Positions 37,640 to 51,884 of a DNA stretch of 64,000 nucleotides are shown here, in pieces. Within the stretch, counting starts at the first letter, position 1; each line of letters begins with the position of its first letter. The notes beneath the pieces are model-generated. The model ran no database searches, was not told the origin of the DNA, and saw only the letters and a program-made list of their open reading frames with translations. The position numbers and the translations under genes are program-made. The stretch is from Octopus vulgaris (taxonomy: Eukaryota), in contig OX597827.1 in NCBI GenBank assembly GCA_951406725.2, positions 16,616,001-16,680,000 of the forward strand, written 5' to 3'.

Positions 37640-38790
37640 GATTTTAGCAATTTAAAATTAACAGTGCGATGACTAGGCTACAGATAAATAACGAGTAAAC
37701 CCTGCTCTGAGTAAAGAGAGTACCTTTGGTGTCTAGTAGACTGCTCCCTGTTTGGTCGGGTGAACATGTATGGCTGGCATTCACTCATCCCGTTAATCTT
37801 TCATGTGCTAGTTTCAAGTGCAACACCCCAGTACATCCCCTCAGCTACCCGGCTAAACCACATGAGGGGGTATCGTTGATACTGCACTACTTGACGGGTG
37901 GAGAAACTGCGGCAATAGCCATTGGCCAGGGCAGAGTAATCTCAGGAAGATTAACGACCAAGTGTCCTTGACTGAAAACGAAACAAACATTAGCTCGTGG
38001 ACCTTGCCTAGCGGTTAATAGCGACTACTCCACCTGACAGTCTGCTTTCTAAGTGTGAATGATTAGGCTTCCAATTAGCTTCTGTTCCCTGAAAAAACCC
38101 CGAGCTACGAAAACAATTCAAAGTGTAAAAGCACTGCAACAGCTGTTTCCTGTTTAGCTGTTTCTACAGTATAAAGGTGGATGGTGATGAATCCTGCTGG
38201 TGTACTTTGACTGACTCCTGTGTCGCCCGACACAAGAACAGCTAAGTAAGCAGACCAGCCAGCGGTTTTAACATCCCCGTGTAGTCACGCTTGAATTTAG
38301 CGGAGTTCACTCTGTTGAAGGCATTCAAAAGTTATCCCCGGTTTAAGGAACGCTTTCTTCTCTTTGTACTTACTTTTACTTGTGGCGACACTCAACCCTG
38401 GGCGGGTTGAGCCGGCTTCTTCCACCACCCTCGAGACATTGTATTCGCCATTGAGAATTCATGGAAGAAGTTTCGTGGGAATATGTGGATTTCACAAGCG
38501 ATCCCCAACAATCCCGCATGTAGAGACATCCTGTTTGCCGCAGATTGTTCGCAGACGCAGGGGCAGAACGACCGAGGAGCTGCCGGTTGCCGAAACAGAC
38601 ACTCCGAGGATTTTCACCAGAGCCCCGTCTGCCGGGTTGTGGCCCTAATACCACTCGGTGTCAGATCAATCTGTCTTGGGTGGCCCTACCAGGAACCGAA
38701 GTTCCCGACGGAATAGCTCTGACACTACCCGTTGCCAGCGTCTCCACCACGGTGAGGAGGGGATGGACTTTGGGGACGCTTTCTTCTCTT
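37640..38790 (-). mobile_element. GC-rich repeat, possibly the 5' region of a LINE
   Basis: Abrupt GC-rich, complex block without a recognisable protein domain. Family not determined. Confidence 0.3.
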
Positions 38791-39207
38791 TGTTCTTTCC
38801 TCGCCGTGAAAGCCATGGCAAGATTCATGAGCATTGTTCCTTCTCTTCTGATTAATCCAAAAATATCTGATTTAAGATTTAAACATCAGACATTCCACCA
38901 CTATTGCTATGAGAAATAATGAATGACATTCGATGGTAATCAGTAATTGAAATATAGTCGTCCAATGACTAAATTAATCATAAAAAGAAAACAAATATAT
39001 TTTTAATAAAAATAACCCTTTCAAGGATTACAGAGATTTAGTCCAAAATATAAATTGTCCAATAATATTGATTTTGACACAAAAACATACAAATGTTGGG
39101 AGAAGGTTTTCGTTGATTAAATCGATTGCAGTGCTTGGATTGTAATTGATATTATCGAGCCTGAGAAGAGAAGTGAACTTAATATATAAAATACATAGAA
39201 CGTATGG

Positions 39208-39625
39208 AATGGCTGTGTGGTAAGTAGCTTGCTAACCAACCACATGGTTCCGGGTTCAGTCCCACTGCGTGGCATCTTGGGCAAGTGTCTTCTGCTATAG
39301 CCCCGGGCCGACCAATGCCTTGTGAGTGGATTTGGTAGACGGAAACTGAAAGAAGCCTGTCGTATATATGTATATATGTATATATATATATGTAAGTGTG
39401 TATGTGTTTGTGTGTCTGTGTTTGTCCCCCTAGCATTGCTTGACAACCGATGCTGGTGTGTTTACGTCCCCGTCACTTAGCGGTTCGGCAAAAGAGACCG
39501 ATAGAATAAGTACTGGGCTCACAAAGAATAAGTCCCGGGGTCGATTTGCTCGACTAAAAGGCGGTGCTCCAGCATGGCCGCTGTCAAATGACTGAAACAA
39601 GTAAAAGAGTAAAGAGTAAAGAGAG
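39208..39625 (+). mobile_element. SINE family 1
   Basis: Same body, slightly 5'-clipped. Confidence 0.85.
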
Positions 39626-39803
39626 TATAAAATGTTATTACCTAAGGAGCGCAAAACAGAAAAGGGGTCACTGCAGGACGAGCAATACATTCCCATAGAA
39701 AAATAAGCAAACAAAGATTGATATGCATTACTGGGGCCGCTCAAAGTTGAACCGATACTCAGTACAGCTTTGCACGAAAATAAAGGAGAATATAAAGAAG
39801 CAT

Positions 39804-39809
<6 letters not shown>

Positions 39810-39834
<25 letters not shown>

Positions 39835-40139
39835 TGCACCCTTTTCAAGCCTAGCCAGGCTCATGGGCCCGGTTTCCTGGTTTCTGTGGCGTATGTGTTC
39901 CCCCGCAGCTGGACGGGACGCCAGTCCATCGCAGTGTTACTCAAGAAACAGGAAGAGAGAGTGAGAGAAAGTTGGGGCGAAAGAGTACATTATGGGTTGC
40001 CACCATCCCCTGCCGGAGCCTCGTGGAGCTTTAGGTGTATGCGCTCAATAAACACACACAACGCCCGGTCTGGGAATCGAAACCGCGATCCTCCTACCGC
40101 AAGTCCGCTGCCCTAACCACTTGGCCATTGCGCCCTCAC
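39810..40139 (-). mobile_element. SINE family 3
   Basis: Reverse-complement head, (TAAA)n tail. Confidence 0.75.
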
Positions 40140-40821
40140 ATAAAGAAGCAGAATAAAGAATCAAAAGTGTATATTTAAAAGATTATACGATTATGAGGCC
40201 AGAGTTTACTCGGATTTCCAAAGCGTTTAGGCTGAGCGGTACAACACTTTTTTTGGCCCTATTCCATCTGTTTTTTGGCCCTATTCCATCGCTGTCCTTC
40301 CTATCCCAGCAAATGCCCCTGTTTTTCGTGCAATGTTAAATGAATTATCTTTCTCAAGAATGCATTGCACTGCTCGATCCGAGAAACAAGAACACGTGAC
40401 CTAGCGATCGAGAACCCAATGCCTATTTCTTTACTACCCACAAGGGGCTGAACACATAGAGGACAAACAAGGACAGACAAACGGACTAAGTCGATTATAT
40501 CGACCCCAGTGCGTGACTGGTATTTAATTTATCGACCCCGAAAGGATGAAGGGCAAAGTCGACCCCGGCGTAATTTGAACTCAGAACTTAACGGCAGACG
40601 AAATACCTCTCAGCATTTCGCCCGGCGTGCTAACGCTTCTGCCAGCTCGCCGCCTTACGAGAACCTAATCCCATTCGCCACTCGGCTATGTACATTCACC
40701 AAAAGCATTTAGGGTGGAATGAGACAATTGGGGTGCGGGCTGTTTGAACTCTGACGATCTGGCACGGTCCACTGGATATTCAGTCTGCTTTGGTAACAAC
40801 CATTTTTGATTCTAGAGGTAA

Positions 40822-40967
<146 letters not shown>

Positions 40968-41766
40968 TTCTTATATTTATATAAATAAGTGATTTGTGCC
41001 TCCCTTTGTCTCTTATAGAAATCTACAATATAGGATTTCTTCAATTACAATTTACCTAGCATTTTTAAGAGTAGAATGCATCGGGTCTTGCCAGGTCCAC
41101 TTTTTAAAATTTCAACCCCAATTAAGCAAAATTTAGAGAAAACTCACATTGTGGTGTATGAGTCAAATGCTTTTCTTAGTGTGGGATACAGCACACACAC
41201 ACGCACACACACAGTGTGCAACGAATAAAGTGAAAGTAATTCACTGTGTGTGTGTTGACAGGTAGACAATAGAATGCGATGGCGATGGCGATGTAATATT
41301 TGTTTCTGTCTATGACGCTGATAGATACATGAGTAAAATGTATGGGAAGCTAAGAGATAAGAGTGAGTGAAAACGTTCTTGGAAGAGAGTAAATAGCGAG
41401 AGAGTGATTTGAGGAAGACTTTACATTAAATAACCGTAGTGGCCTGTCAAATGAAGAGGAGTGACAGGGTACTGGAGGAAATAGGGTGAGTGAGGAAGAT
41501 GGCCCCTAGCAACCACACCTTTTAAGATAGGGATTTCTAAGGTAGCCCACGAGCATCGTCACCTCATTCTACATGTCCCTGTAAATTTTGGAGCGAATCG
41601 GACGGGATAAAGTTATCTCTAAGAAACAGAAAGATCGCCCAAAAGTGTATATAGATATTTAAATGTATTTATATATTCATCTATTCACACATGTATGTAT
41701 AATGTGCGTGTATATATTTCCATAGAGGTAACCATTCAATCCATACAAAGTTTTTTAGGACGAAAA

Positions 41767-42613
41767 TATTTATATATAAAAGAAAGGTTGTGTGTCTGTC
41801 TACTCCGATTTAGATTCCTAACTACTCCCACATTTTGCGATGCAGTTTAACCAAAACCGGGTATCTTATAGTCGTGATTCATATTGAGCCCTTCTGGGTA
41901 TTAGCGCGCGTCTACGATGAGTCTATGATTTTAAAAATAATTTACCATCATTTTTTTCCATTTTAATGCATATTTTTTTTAATAAAGGGAAGTAACTCTC
42001 AAACTTCACAACAATATGCGTGCTCATATGCGACGTAATATCACATCAGCAGCATTTCCTCACACCCTCCTTGCACTTGGCGAAGGCAAAATACCAGGGG
42101 ATGAAAATGGTAATATTGCCATCGATTCCATTTGTACCATTGTTAAGACGCCTTCTGATCTCAGAGATGCAGTGTTCCCAGATCTACAAGCTAATTATCA
42201 GAATATGGATTGGATTGGCAAAAAGGCTATCCTGGCCCTGAGGAATAAAACTGTTCACCATATTAATGATGAAATGCTAAAACTCATTCCTGGGGAAGTC
42301 TATGTATATCAGTCTATCGATACAACTCCTGACCCAGAGGACGTCATCAACTATCCAATAGAGGTACTCAATTCCTTTGAGCACCCCGGACTACCACCAC
42401 ACTTTCTCAAACTTAAAGTTGGTGCCCCTATAATGCTCATCAGATATTTGGTTCCCCCAAAACAATGCAATGGCACACGTTTGATCGTTAAGTCCTTATC
42501 TCCCACCGTAAACTTATATCAATATTTGCCTGAATAATCATCATAATTCAGTGCAATCATTAACAGTACTTTCAAGCAATTCAGCCCCGAGCAACGCCGG
42601 GCAATTCTGCTAG
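41767..42613 (+). mobile_element. Helitron with PIF1-like helicase fragment
   Basis: Same 5' ~230 bp and 3' hairpin+CTAG as 6142-6534. ORF 42016-42537: KAILALRN..YPIEVLNSFEHPGLPPHFLKLKVGAPIMLIRYL..CNGTRL (Helitron RepHel helicase motifs). Confidence 0.9.
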
Positions 42614-42740
42614 TATATATATAAAATAAGTGATTTGTGTCGTTAAAATCTGTGAAATAAACGATTTTGTTGTTAAAATTTATATAAAATAAGTAATTTT
42701 TGTTAAAATTTATGTGAAATAAATGATTTCACACACACAC

Positions 42741-42790
<50 letters not shown>

Positions 42791-43515
42791 AAATACACAC
42801 GCAGATACAAAAAATGAGAGAAAGCGTAAAAGAAAAAGCGGCATGACAATTTTTTACTTGAGCACACCTGACATAAACACTTTTTCTCTCATCATACACA
42901 TAGAACTATCCTCACACACATACATAAACAGGGCGAAAGAGACACAAAGAGAAAGAGAGAGAGAGGGGGGAGAGGAAGGGAAGGAGCGAAGGAGGGAGAG
43001 AGAGAACGAGAGAAAACGTTAAAATGCATGGTGTCAAATAGGTTAATGTCGAGCCAGCGACACCAAAAGAGGCGACGGCCAAAACGTCTGTGTCCATATG
43101 TCTCATAAAATCTTGGAGATGTATTTGATCTGTTGCAGGTATGGCGAATTGGCCAAATCGTTAGAAAATTCTGAGAAAAGCGCTTTTACGGTATTTAGTT
43201 ACAACCCTTTAATTACTTCGTTCGAATGTTCGTTCGAGGGTAGGAAGACTCCGCCTTCCATTCTTCTGGAACGGTGGCCTGGGGTGGGTGTCATATCAAA
43301 TTTACTATCAAGCAACTGGTGTCAATTTAATCAATTAAACCTTCCCACTACATAAAATCTGTAGCATTGTGTTAATGTTGAAGATCAAAAGATTTTAATT
43401 GATGTTGTTATCGCAGTCAGTTAAGCCTCAGCTTTCTCCTGAATCGACAGATCTTTCATCAAAGCTGTTAGAGCCGTGATTATCATTTCTTTTAGTTATG
43501 ACATAGGAATGCACT

Positions 43516-43800
43516 GTGAAGGCGCGTCGCTTAGTGTTTAGGGTACTCGGCTCACGACGGCCAGGTTGCGAGTTCGATTCCCGGCGACGCGTTGTGTCCA
43601 CTCAGCTGGCAAAATTTACTAGTGACCGTATTTTAAAATGCTAGCCTTGTTACAGTGTGTCACGCTGAATTCCACCGAAAACTACGTTAAGAATACAAGT
43701 GTCTGAGGAGCGTTCAGCCACATGCACAGGAATTTCACGAGCAGGCTGTTGCGTTGATCGGATCAAATGGAACCTCGTCGTCGTAACCGACGGAGTGCCA
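43516..43800 (+). mobile_element. tRNA-derived SINE family 4
   Basis: A/B-box-like head (gcttagtgtt..gagttcgattccc). Its 3' end ggaacctcgtcgtcgtaaccgacggagt recurs at about 11075-11107. Confidence 0.65.
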
Positions 43801-44596
43801 GGAGTACATTATCAACTGTGCGATTTATGAAGAGACATAAGAGTGGTTTTGGGGGAAACTTAGGGTGCTATTTCTAGCAGGTCAACGAGGAGCCTCTTCG
43901 TAAACGCTTGACAAGCTAGAATTATCCACCGAAATCTACTTCAGACGACAACCTAACGTTTTAGAAAAGAAACTCTGAAATAATGCGATTCTGAATCTTG
44001 TGCGCACTCCATAAAGACAGGATGGTCACAATTTTAAGTCCACTTGGTTATAAGCCTGCTCGATCAGTTTTGCCTGGAGCTAAGCAAAAGCAGCTGCAGT
44101 GGTAACAACAAGAATAACAACTACAATGCAAGCTGTTTTACCTCATTTTGTCGCTGCTAGACTTTAAATAATGCATCTATATACCTATTTCTTTACTACC
44201 CAGAAGGGGCTAAACACAGAGAGGACAAACAAGGACAGACAAACGGATTAAGTCGATTATATCGACCCCAGTGCGTAACTGGTACTTATTTAATCGATCC
44301 CGAAAGGATGAAAGGCAAAGTCGACCTCGGCGGAATTTGAACTCAGAACGTAACGGCAGACGAAATACGGCTACGCATTTCGCCCGGCGTGCTAACGATT
44401 CTGCCAGCTCGCCTTCCACCCCTTTATTTTTTGTCTTATGAAAACCCCCCCAAAATACGTCGATTTCTTGTGAGAGCGTCTGTGTTTGAAAAACTTGCTA
44501 AAGATATCTGCCATATTTCCTTCAAATCCCTTGCTGTCTTTTAAAAAGCAACACATTGAACAATGTAGACTTTGATACATAATATATAATATAATA

Positions 44597-46045
44597 TCTT
44601 ATCGACCCTTCAGTTAGATTCATTTGTCCTTCTAAATCCAATATAGGCATTATTAGTAAAAAAAAAATCATTGATAGGGTAATACCCATCCTTAAGTCTA
44701 AAATGAGATTATCCCTCTGGTCTGATGCCCAAGAGGTGGTGTGATGGTTTAAGCTTCTAGAAATTAGTAAGACTAATAAATTCTTGCAACTAGATATAGA
44801 CAGCTACTATGCCACCATTAACCCGATCGTTCTTAATCAAGCCCTGAATTTTGGTATGAAAAATTCTGAATTGTCCCAACGCGAAATAGATATTATACTT
44901 GAGGCGTGAGCCACTCTAGTAGGTTTTGATGGTAGATTATGGTGTAGATTAGATGGAGAAAATGCATTTTATATAGCAATGGGCTCACATGATTCTGCTC
45001 GGGCCAATGACCTAGTCGGAATATATATCCTTTCATTAATACGCTCTTCTTTTCTGGAAGTAACAGGAGGTTTATACAGGGATGACGCCTTATTTTTTCT
45101 GGACAGAAGTAGTAAAGTACAGTTAGAAAGGCATAGGAAAAATTTCTTGAGACTTTTCAAAAATTTAGGACTAAACATTACTATAGGTAAAGATTATCGT
45201 TGAGTGAATTTTCTTGACGCTACCTTCTGTCTTGTACTGGATTATTTGAACCATTTCAGAAGCCAAATGATTATATTAAGTACATTAACGTAGCATCAAA
45301 CCATCCACCCGCCCTCAGTTATACGAGGACTAGTTAAGAATATTTCGACAAGAATCTGCAGATTATCCGCTAATAAAAAACATTTCGAATCACATACAAC
45401 TTATTATAATGCTGCTCTAGCTAGGGCTGGGTACTGTGAAAAAATTCAATATATACAAGAAGCAGGTATGCACAACACTGGGGATTCCTCCAACTGTGGT
45501 GCACATTGTGTTCCATCACAAAGTTACGGTTTTGGGACTCACTCAGATAAAGAATACAAGCCAGGAAGAATTAGTCATATCAATGAACTACCAACGAAAA
45601 CTCATAGACACACGTGACATAATAATCCAACTGCTTATTCCAATCCTGCACAACACACACGATCAAATAAGCTTAACAACAGATATAGAAATCAGGATGT
45701 CCTCTGGTTGGAACCAATTTTCGGTTTGCATGCTTCAACCAAAATCGCTGGAAAAATTTTTTGCTGCTTTGGACAAGTGTTTTTTCTAAATCTAATCGGC
45801 ATCATGCTATTTTTAATCGACAAACAGTGAAGCTATCCTACGCCATATCTGCTAATTTAGAGCAGCTTATGCGTCGCAAAGTGCCGCAAAGGTTCAATAA
45901 CCCACCTGCTGGATCTAGCGAACACTTGCATCTCAATACCAACGAAGGAGATGTAAACCGCAATAGTATGCATCAACTACGACCAATGTGTAGTAGTAGA
46001 AATATTTATGATGCTGCTAACACGGTAACAACACCGGTAAATTGA
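44597..46045 (+). mobile_element. Second, divergent and decayed Penelope-like RT fragment
   Basis: DPSVRFICPSKSNIG..KFLQLDIDSYYATI..MGSHDSARANDLVGIYIL..GGLYRDDAL..VNFLDATF..PFQKP..SNHPP..YNAALARAGY..IFNRQTVKLSY. Several stops and frameshifts. Collinear with the 26860-29274 protein. Confidence 0.85.
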
Positions 46046-46252
46046 TTGTGATTATTTTCTTTCCCAGTATTTCTAAAACTTCAGCAACTTTTAGGCTAAG
46101 ACAATGCTATTGATATAATTTATCTTAATATCATTTCTGGTGTAATTAAATGTCTCACACAGCCTCCCGTTTAAACAACAGGCACACGGAAACACGCAGA
46201 CATTCTAGTATACAATCACATGTATGTGTGTGTATGAGCGAACATTAAAGTA

Positions 46253-46503
46253 CTGGGTTGGTGCATAATTATTGCGGCTTTTTTTCCACAAATTTTATTC
46301 AACAAAAACAATAACAATATTTAACAAAAACATCTTTAAATGACGGTCTGACAGTCTACCAAGCAAATGAGAAGCAGTAATTGAAGTACATGGTGAATAT
46401 GCTCCGGGATAATCATTTAAAGATGTTTTTGTTACGTGTTGTTATTGTTTTTGCTGATTAAAATTTGTTAAAGAAAAGCCGCAATAATTATGCACCAACG
46501 CAA
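46253..46503 (+). mobile_element. Mariner-derived MITE with ~90-bp TIRs
   Basis: TA-flanked gttggtgcataattattgcggctttt / aaaagccgcaataattatgcaccaac. Core encodes mariner C-terminus-like LPSK*EAVIEVHGEY. Confidence 0.8.
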
Positions 46504-46530
46504 TATGTTTCTCTATATGTGCATGTGTAT

Positions 46531-46572
<42 letters not shown>

Positions 46573-46763
46573 GTACATACACACGCACATACACTCTCTC
46601 TCTCATAAGCACACATCGCTAAATAATAGCTTATCAATATTATATATATTCGTTTGGAAAACGCTGTAAGCAATGCAGGTGACGAGTTAAATAAAATATG
46701 TAAGTTGATGTCAATGAACGAAAATAAAGAGAAAAGATAATATATTAAGTTGTATAGGCAGTT

Positions 46764-46764
<1 letters not shown>

Positions 46765-46814
<50 letters not shown>

Positions 46815-46837
46815 TAATAATAATAATAATAATGATA

Positions 46838-46872
<35 letters not shown>

Positions 46873-46882
46873 AATAATGATG

Positions 46883-46925
<43 letters not shown>

Positions 46926-46945
46926 TGATAATAATAATAATAATG

Positions 46946-46999
<54 letters not shown>

Positions 47000-47032
47000 G
47001 ATGATGATGATGATGAAGATGATGATAATAAT
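46765..47032. repeat. (AAT/GAT)n trinucleotide microsatellite; similar tract at about 47987-48117
   Basis: Directly visible. Confidence 0.95.
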
Positions 47033-47411
47033 ATATATATCTATATATATGTATTTATATATTCTAAACATGTGTGAGTATATATATATATATATGTGTG
47101 TGTGTATACATATAATGAAAATATGTATATAAATACACTCATACATGCATATGTGTAGTTATGCATACATATAAACGCACACATAAACGCACACATACAT
47201 ATACTGTGTTGCTTCGTTACTGGTGGAATCTAACAAAATTATCAGACAGAGATGAATATAATTTAATATACACATAATTTAAGTGTGAGCTTTTAGAGAC
47301 TGAATGATTGCCTGGATAAGAACGGCACAGTATAAAGTTAGTCCAGCCATTGTATTTTTTAGTGGCATGAAGCAAAATAGTAGTTCGTACTTAAATCCTG
47401 TGCACATTTTA

Positions 47412-47449
<38 letters not shown>

Positions 47450-47633
47450 GCGTGAGTTATTTTTGAGTATACATTGTCTGGGAGACCTTTCTTATAGTAG
47501 AGGAAATAGCTAAAACTTTTTGGCTGCTATTTCTAAAAGTTCGGTGTGTGGTAAAGTAAATTTTTTTACTGAAGCCTAATTATATAACGTAATGTTTCAA
47601 ATATATCGTAAATGGTCTTTTTACATACTTGAA

Positions 47634-47690
<57 letters not shown>

Positions 47691-47695
<5 letters not shown>

Positions 47696-47838
47696 TATAT
47701 ACTTGGACTAGAAATTCAAGAAATCATCAGGAAGCTCTGAATTTCTTTAATGAAACAGTTCTAGTCTTAATCCTCATATAATAAATTAATTTTCTGCTAT
47801 GTATTGAGTACCTTATTTTTAGTTATCAATCCGGGACC

Positions 47839-47842
<4 letters not shown>
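47691..47842. mobile_element. Degenerate inverted copy of the 7069-7412 mini fold-back family
   Basis: Contains tgaaacagttctagtc and ataataaattaattttctgctatgtattgagtacctta..ccgggacctaca, the reverse complement of 7069-7150. Flanked by (TA)n on both sides. Confidence 0.65.
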
Positions 47843-47899
<57 letters not shown>

Positions 47900-47900
47900 A

Positions 47901-47975
<75 letters not shown>

Positions 47976-48009
47976 TTATATATATATAATAATAATGATG
48001 ATGGTGATG

Positions 48010-48118
<109 letters not shown>

Positions 48119-48943
48119 GTGGGTGTAAACACATGAACAAAATAAAAATAAACAAAAACAAAAAGAAAAACAAATTACACTAACGTATATAAACAGGAGA
48201 TACAAATATTACAGGCATTTCCCCCCAAGCACACACTAACTAAACATAGACGCACATGTGCAAATGAAGATGCATACAATAGAAATACATAATACAAAAT
48301 GGCTGACCGTTGGTAAGGAGAGACACACAAATAAGAAAGAAGAAAGCAAAGGACCACTGATGAGGTCACAGGAGTGTGACGGAAGAACTCGTAAGATTAA
48401 GATTAACGTAAAAAATGAATAATGCTGAAGCAAAGTAACACCAAATATAGAGTGCGTGTGTTTTTAATGGCTAAACTGGCAAAATGACCATTCCTAAATA
48501 CAACAATATATATATGAATATATGTATATATACATATCTCTCTCTCTCCCTCTCTCTCTCTATATATATATATATATATGTATATATATACATATATACA
48601 TATATACATATACGTATATATATGAGCAAAAGCGTTCGAGTATTTACACTCGAAGATGTTACTATTGTTAATGTCATCTGCGGTGAATATTTTTAATTGA
48701 TAATATTAGCAACAGTAAGAGTGGTCGTTCAACAGGTCTACTAGCATTATATAGCTACGAAGTTTAAAGTTAGCACAAGGCATAAGGATGCAGAAAAAGC
48801 ATCAACCTGTTTAGAAATAGGAGCTAAATTCCTCATTCAACCACCCTGTACATGCATGCGTACATAGATACATACATACATACATACATACATACATACA
48901 TACATACATACATGCGTGCATACATACATACATACATACATAT

Positions 48944-49011
<68 letters not shown>

Positions 49012-49013
<2 letters not shown>

Positions 49014-49272
49014 TGTGATCACGTAACCGACCAGGCTATCAGATGTTGCGACAAATCGCTGGTCACAATGCGCTTCGCATTGTTTTAGCTTTCAAATGAC
49101 GCCACCCCGCTGGCTAAGCGAGCAGGCCAACAGAAGAAAGAGTGAGAGAAAGTTGCGGCGAAAGAGTACAGTTATTTTGTTCAATAAACATTCACAACGC
49201 CCGGTTTGAGAATCGAAACAGCGATCCTACGACCGCGAGTCCGCTGCCCTAATCACTGGGCCATTGCGCCTC

Positions 49273-49274
<2 letters not shown>
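49012..49274 (-). mobile_element. SINE family 3
   Basis: Reverse-complement head, different 3' tail. Confidence 0.7.
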
Positions 49275-49305
<31 letters not shown>

Positions 49306-49347
49306 GTATGTATACGCACACACACACACACACACACACACAAACAC

Positions 49348-49405
<58 letters not shown>

Positions 49406-49562
49406 CTCTCTCCCTCTCTCTCTATATATATATACATTTATATATTTACACACACACACACACATATATATACACATATTTCCATTTGTATATATATATA
49501 TATATATAGGACATATATACTCGTATATAAATGTATATATTTCTGATATATAAATGAACATA

Positions 49563-50459
49563 CGGAGTCTGATCCAATAAGTATCCAGACTGTTGCTATA
49601 GTAACGAAGCTAAAGCTTGCAGAGTGAAGCCGCTGGGTAAAAGTCGACCATGAAGCCTGCTGTGCATGCGCACAAAGTTTTACAGTTCTGGCTCACTTCC
49701 GCTGTTTACAGCAGTGCTAGGAAGGAAGCGTATGTAGCGTGTGATCGTCGCATTGACTATGGTAGTAAGTTGTCATGGTGATACTAGTTCAGAAACCTAA
49801 GCAAAGTTACAGAAGATGTAAGGAGAGTAGTGTATGAACCCCACAGAAGTTTACGAGTGGTTCAGACGTATTCAAGATGGCCGAAAAGACGTCGACATTA
49901 ACGAACATTCTGGAAGACACGCAACTAACTGAAATGATAAAAAAAATCGCAGATGTGTGGGCAGCTGAGAATGTAAATCGTAAATCACCATCTGTAAGTT
50001 AACAGAGGATATGCAGATTATTTTCGGTTTAGTTCAGTCCACTATCACTGAAGATTTAGATATGAGACGCATGTCTGCCAAGTTTGTGCCAAAACTGCTT
50101 TCAGCTGACCAAATAGACACACAAGTTTCAATTGCACAACATCTTCTTGATTGTGTCGAGGACGATGAAAATTCTTTGAAAGTTTTGCGTAGGCCTCTGA
50201 GCAGGTATCGGCAAGCTTTTGGCAAATTTTGATGCAGATTCTCTGCTCAACTTTCTCTGTCATTATCAATGCGACGACGACGACACGCTACGCACCTTCC
50301 TTCCAAGCACTGTTTTCAACAACAGAAATGAGCTAGAACGTTAAAATTTAGTCCACATGCACAACAGAGTTCAAGACCAATCTGTGCTAAGCAGTTTTAC
50401 GCTGCGTGCATTAGTTTCGTTACCATGGCGCAGTCCGGATACTTATTGACCAGACCACG
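49563..50459. mobile_element. Mariner derivative built from two 5' ends (~200-bp inverted termini)
   Basis: 49563-49760 is an imperfect reverse complement of about 50260-50459. Plus strand: VYEWFRR..DLDMRRMSAKFVPKLL. Minus strand: MTEKVEQRICIKICQKL (mariner N-terminus). Confidence 0.8.
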
Positions 50460-50463
50460 TTTA

Positions 50464-50509
<46 letters not shown>

Positions 50510-51150
50510 CGTGTGTGTGTGTGTGTGTGAGATTATTTTTAGGTGTATGTAAGATGGCAAAAAATTATTAAACGGTGCTTCCGTGCAGCCCCTTGTGTTA
50601 TTTTCCCACCAGAGTATCATATAAGATCTGTTCTCAGTAATAGCTTACGCTGGATAAACTTAGACGCAGTGAGTAGGCGAGGAATATTGTACTTCGGAAC
50701 TATCGATTGGTTTGACAACAAATTTTAGTTTTCTTGCCGACTGTTGAATAGTTAAATAATGCGAAAGGTACTGACGTTCTGCTCCGGCAAATAGTCGAAT
50801 ATGGGCTGCGCAATGAGGAACAAAAGAATGTAAACGCTTCAGACATTTGTTGTTTATCGTAGAACGAGCTAAATATAAATAACTTGAGAATCATTAGGAA
50901 TGGGTGAAGTGAGGTTAAACGGGTGAAGAGGGTGAAAATGGTGTACATATTATACATACATGCACATTCACACACACATGTATATATATACACACACACA
51001 TATACATATATGTACAAAATCAATGAGAGGAGGAAATACATTCATGGGTTGTGACTGTTCTGAAAATATCTTTTTAAATATTTGCATGGCTATTGTTCTA
51101 AGGTATCGCTCTAAGACCTGTTACTTACTACCTAGCGAGCCTTCACAAAA

Positions 51151-51218
<68 letters not shown>

Positions 51219-51376
51219 AAATGTGATAACTATTTGAAGACAATTTTAAAATATTTTAAAAAACATTTTGTTTAATTGTTTTTCATGCTTTACTCTAAGT
51301 TGAAAAAGTCGCAAAGTCTGAAACCGGTACTAAAATGTTCTTCATGATAAAATTATTTTCTACCTTGTCCTATTGT

Positions 51377-51434
<58 letters not shown>

Positions 51435-51447
51435 GTGTGTATGTATG

Positions 51448-51504
<57 letters not shown>

Positions 51505-51611
51505 ATATATCTATATATATATATATATATGCATATATATCTCTATCGATCTATCTATATATATCTATCTATCTATCTATCTATCTATCTAACTATATAT
51601 ATATAGAGAGA

Positions 51612-51884
51612 GGTGAGACCTCTAGAAGCATCAATGATAGGTTCAAAGAACACCTGGACAACTACATTGAAAGGAAGCCAAACTCCATCTTCTACCAACA
51701 TGCTGTAGACTGCCACAAGGGATCCTTAGGGGAGCTTAAGTTGAACATCCTATCAACACATCCCACCGATGCAATGTTGAGACAGGTCACAGAAGCTGTT
51801 TGTATACAAGAATACAAACCTACTCTCAACCGAAAGTCCGAATGGAATAACATCCAGATCCCATTCAGAAGGACTATTCTATAA
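51612..51884 (+). mobile_element. GIY-YIG endonuclease C-terminal fragment of another Penelope-like element
   Basis: [38 protein letters not shown]. 5'-truncated into a microsatellite. Confidence 0.75.

Noticed and set aside
42016-42537. Host PIF1 helicase gene
   Set aside because: Partial domain inside Helitron termini.
44742-45203. Three in-frame TGA codons (44742, 44907, 45201) in the PLE RT, suggesting selenocysteine recoding as reported for some Naiad PLEs
   Set aside because: Positions do not correspond to Cys in the paralogous RT, CGA>TGA decay is a simpler explanation, the copy also has frameshifts, and no SECIS was recognised.
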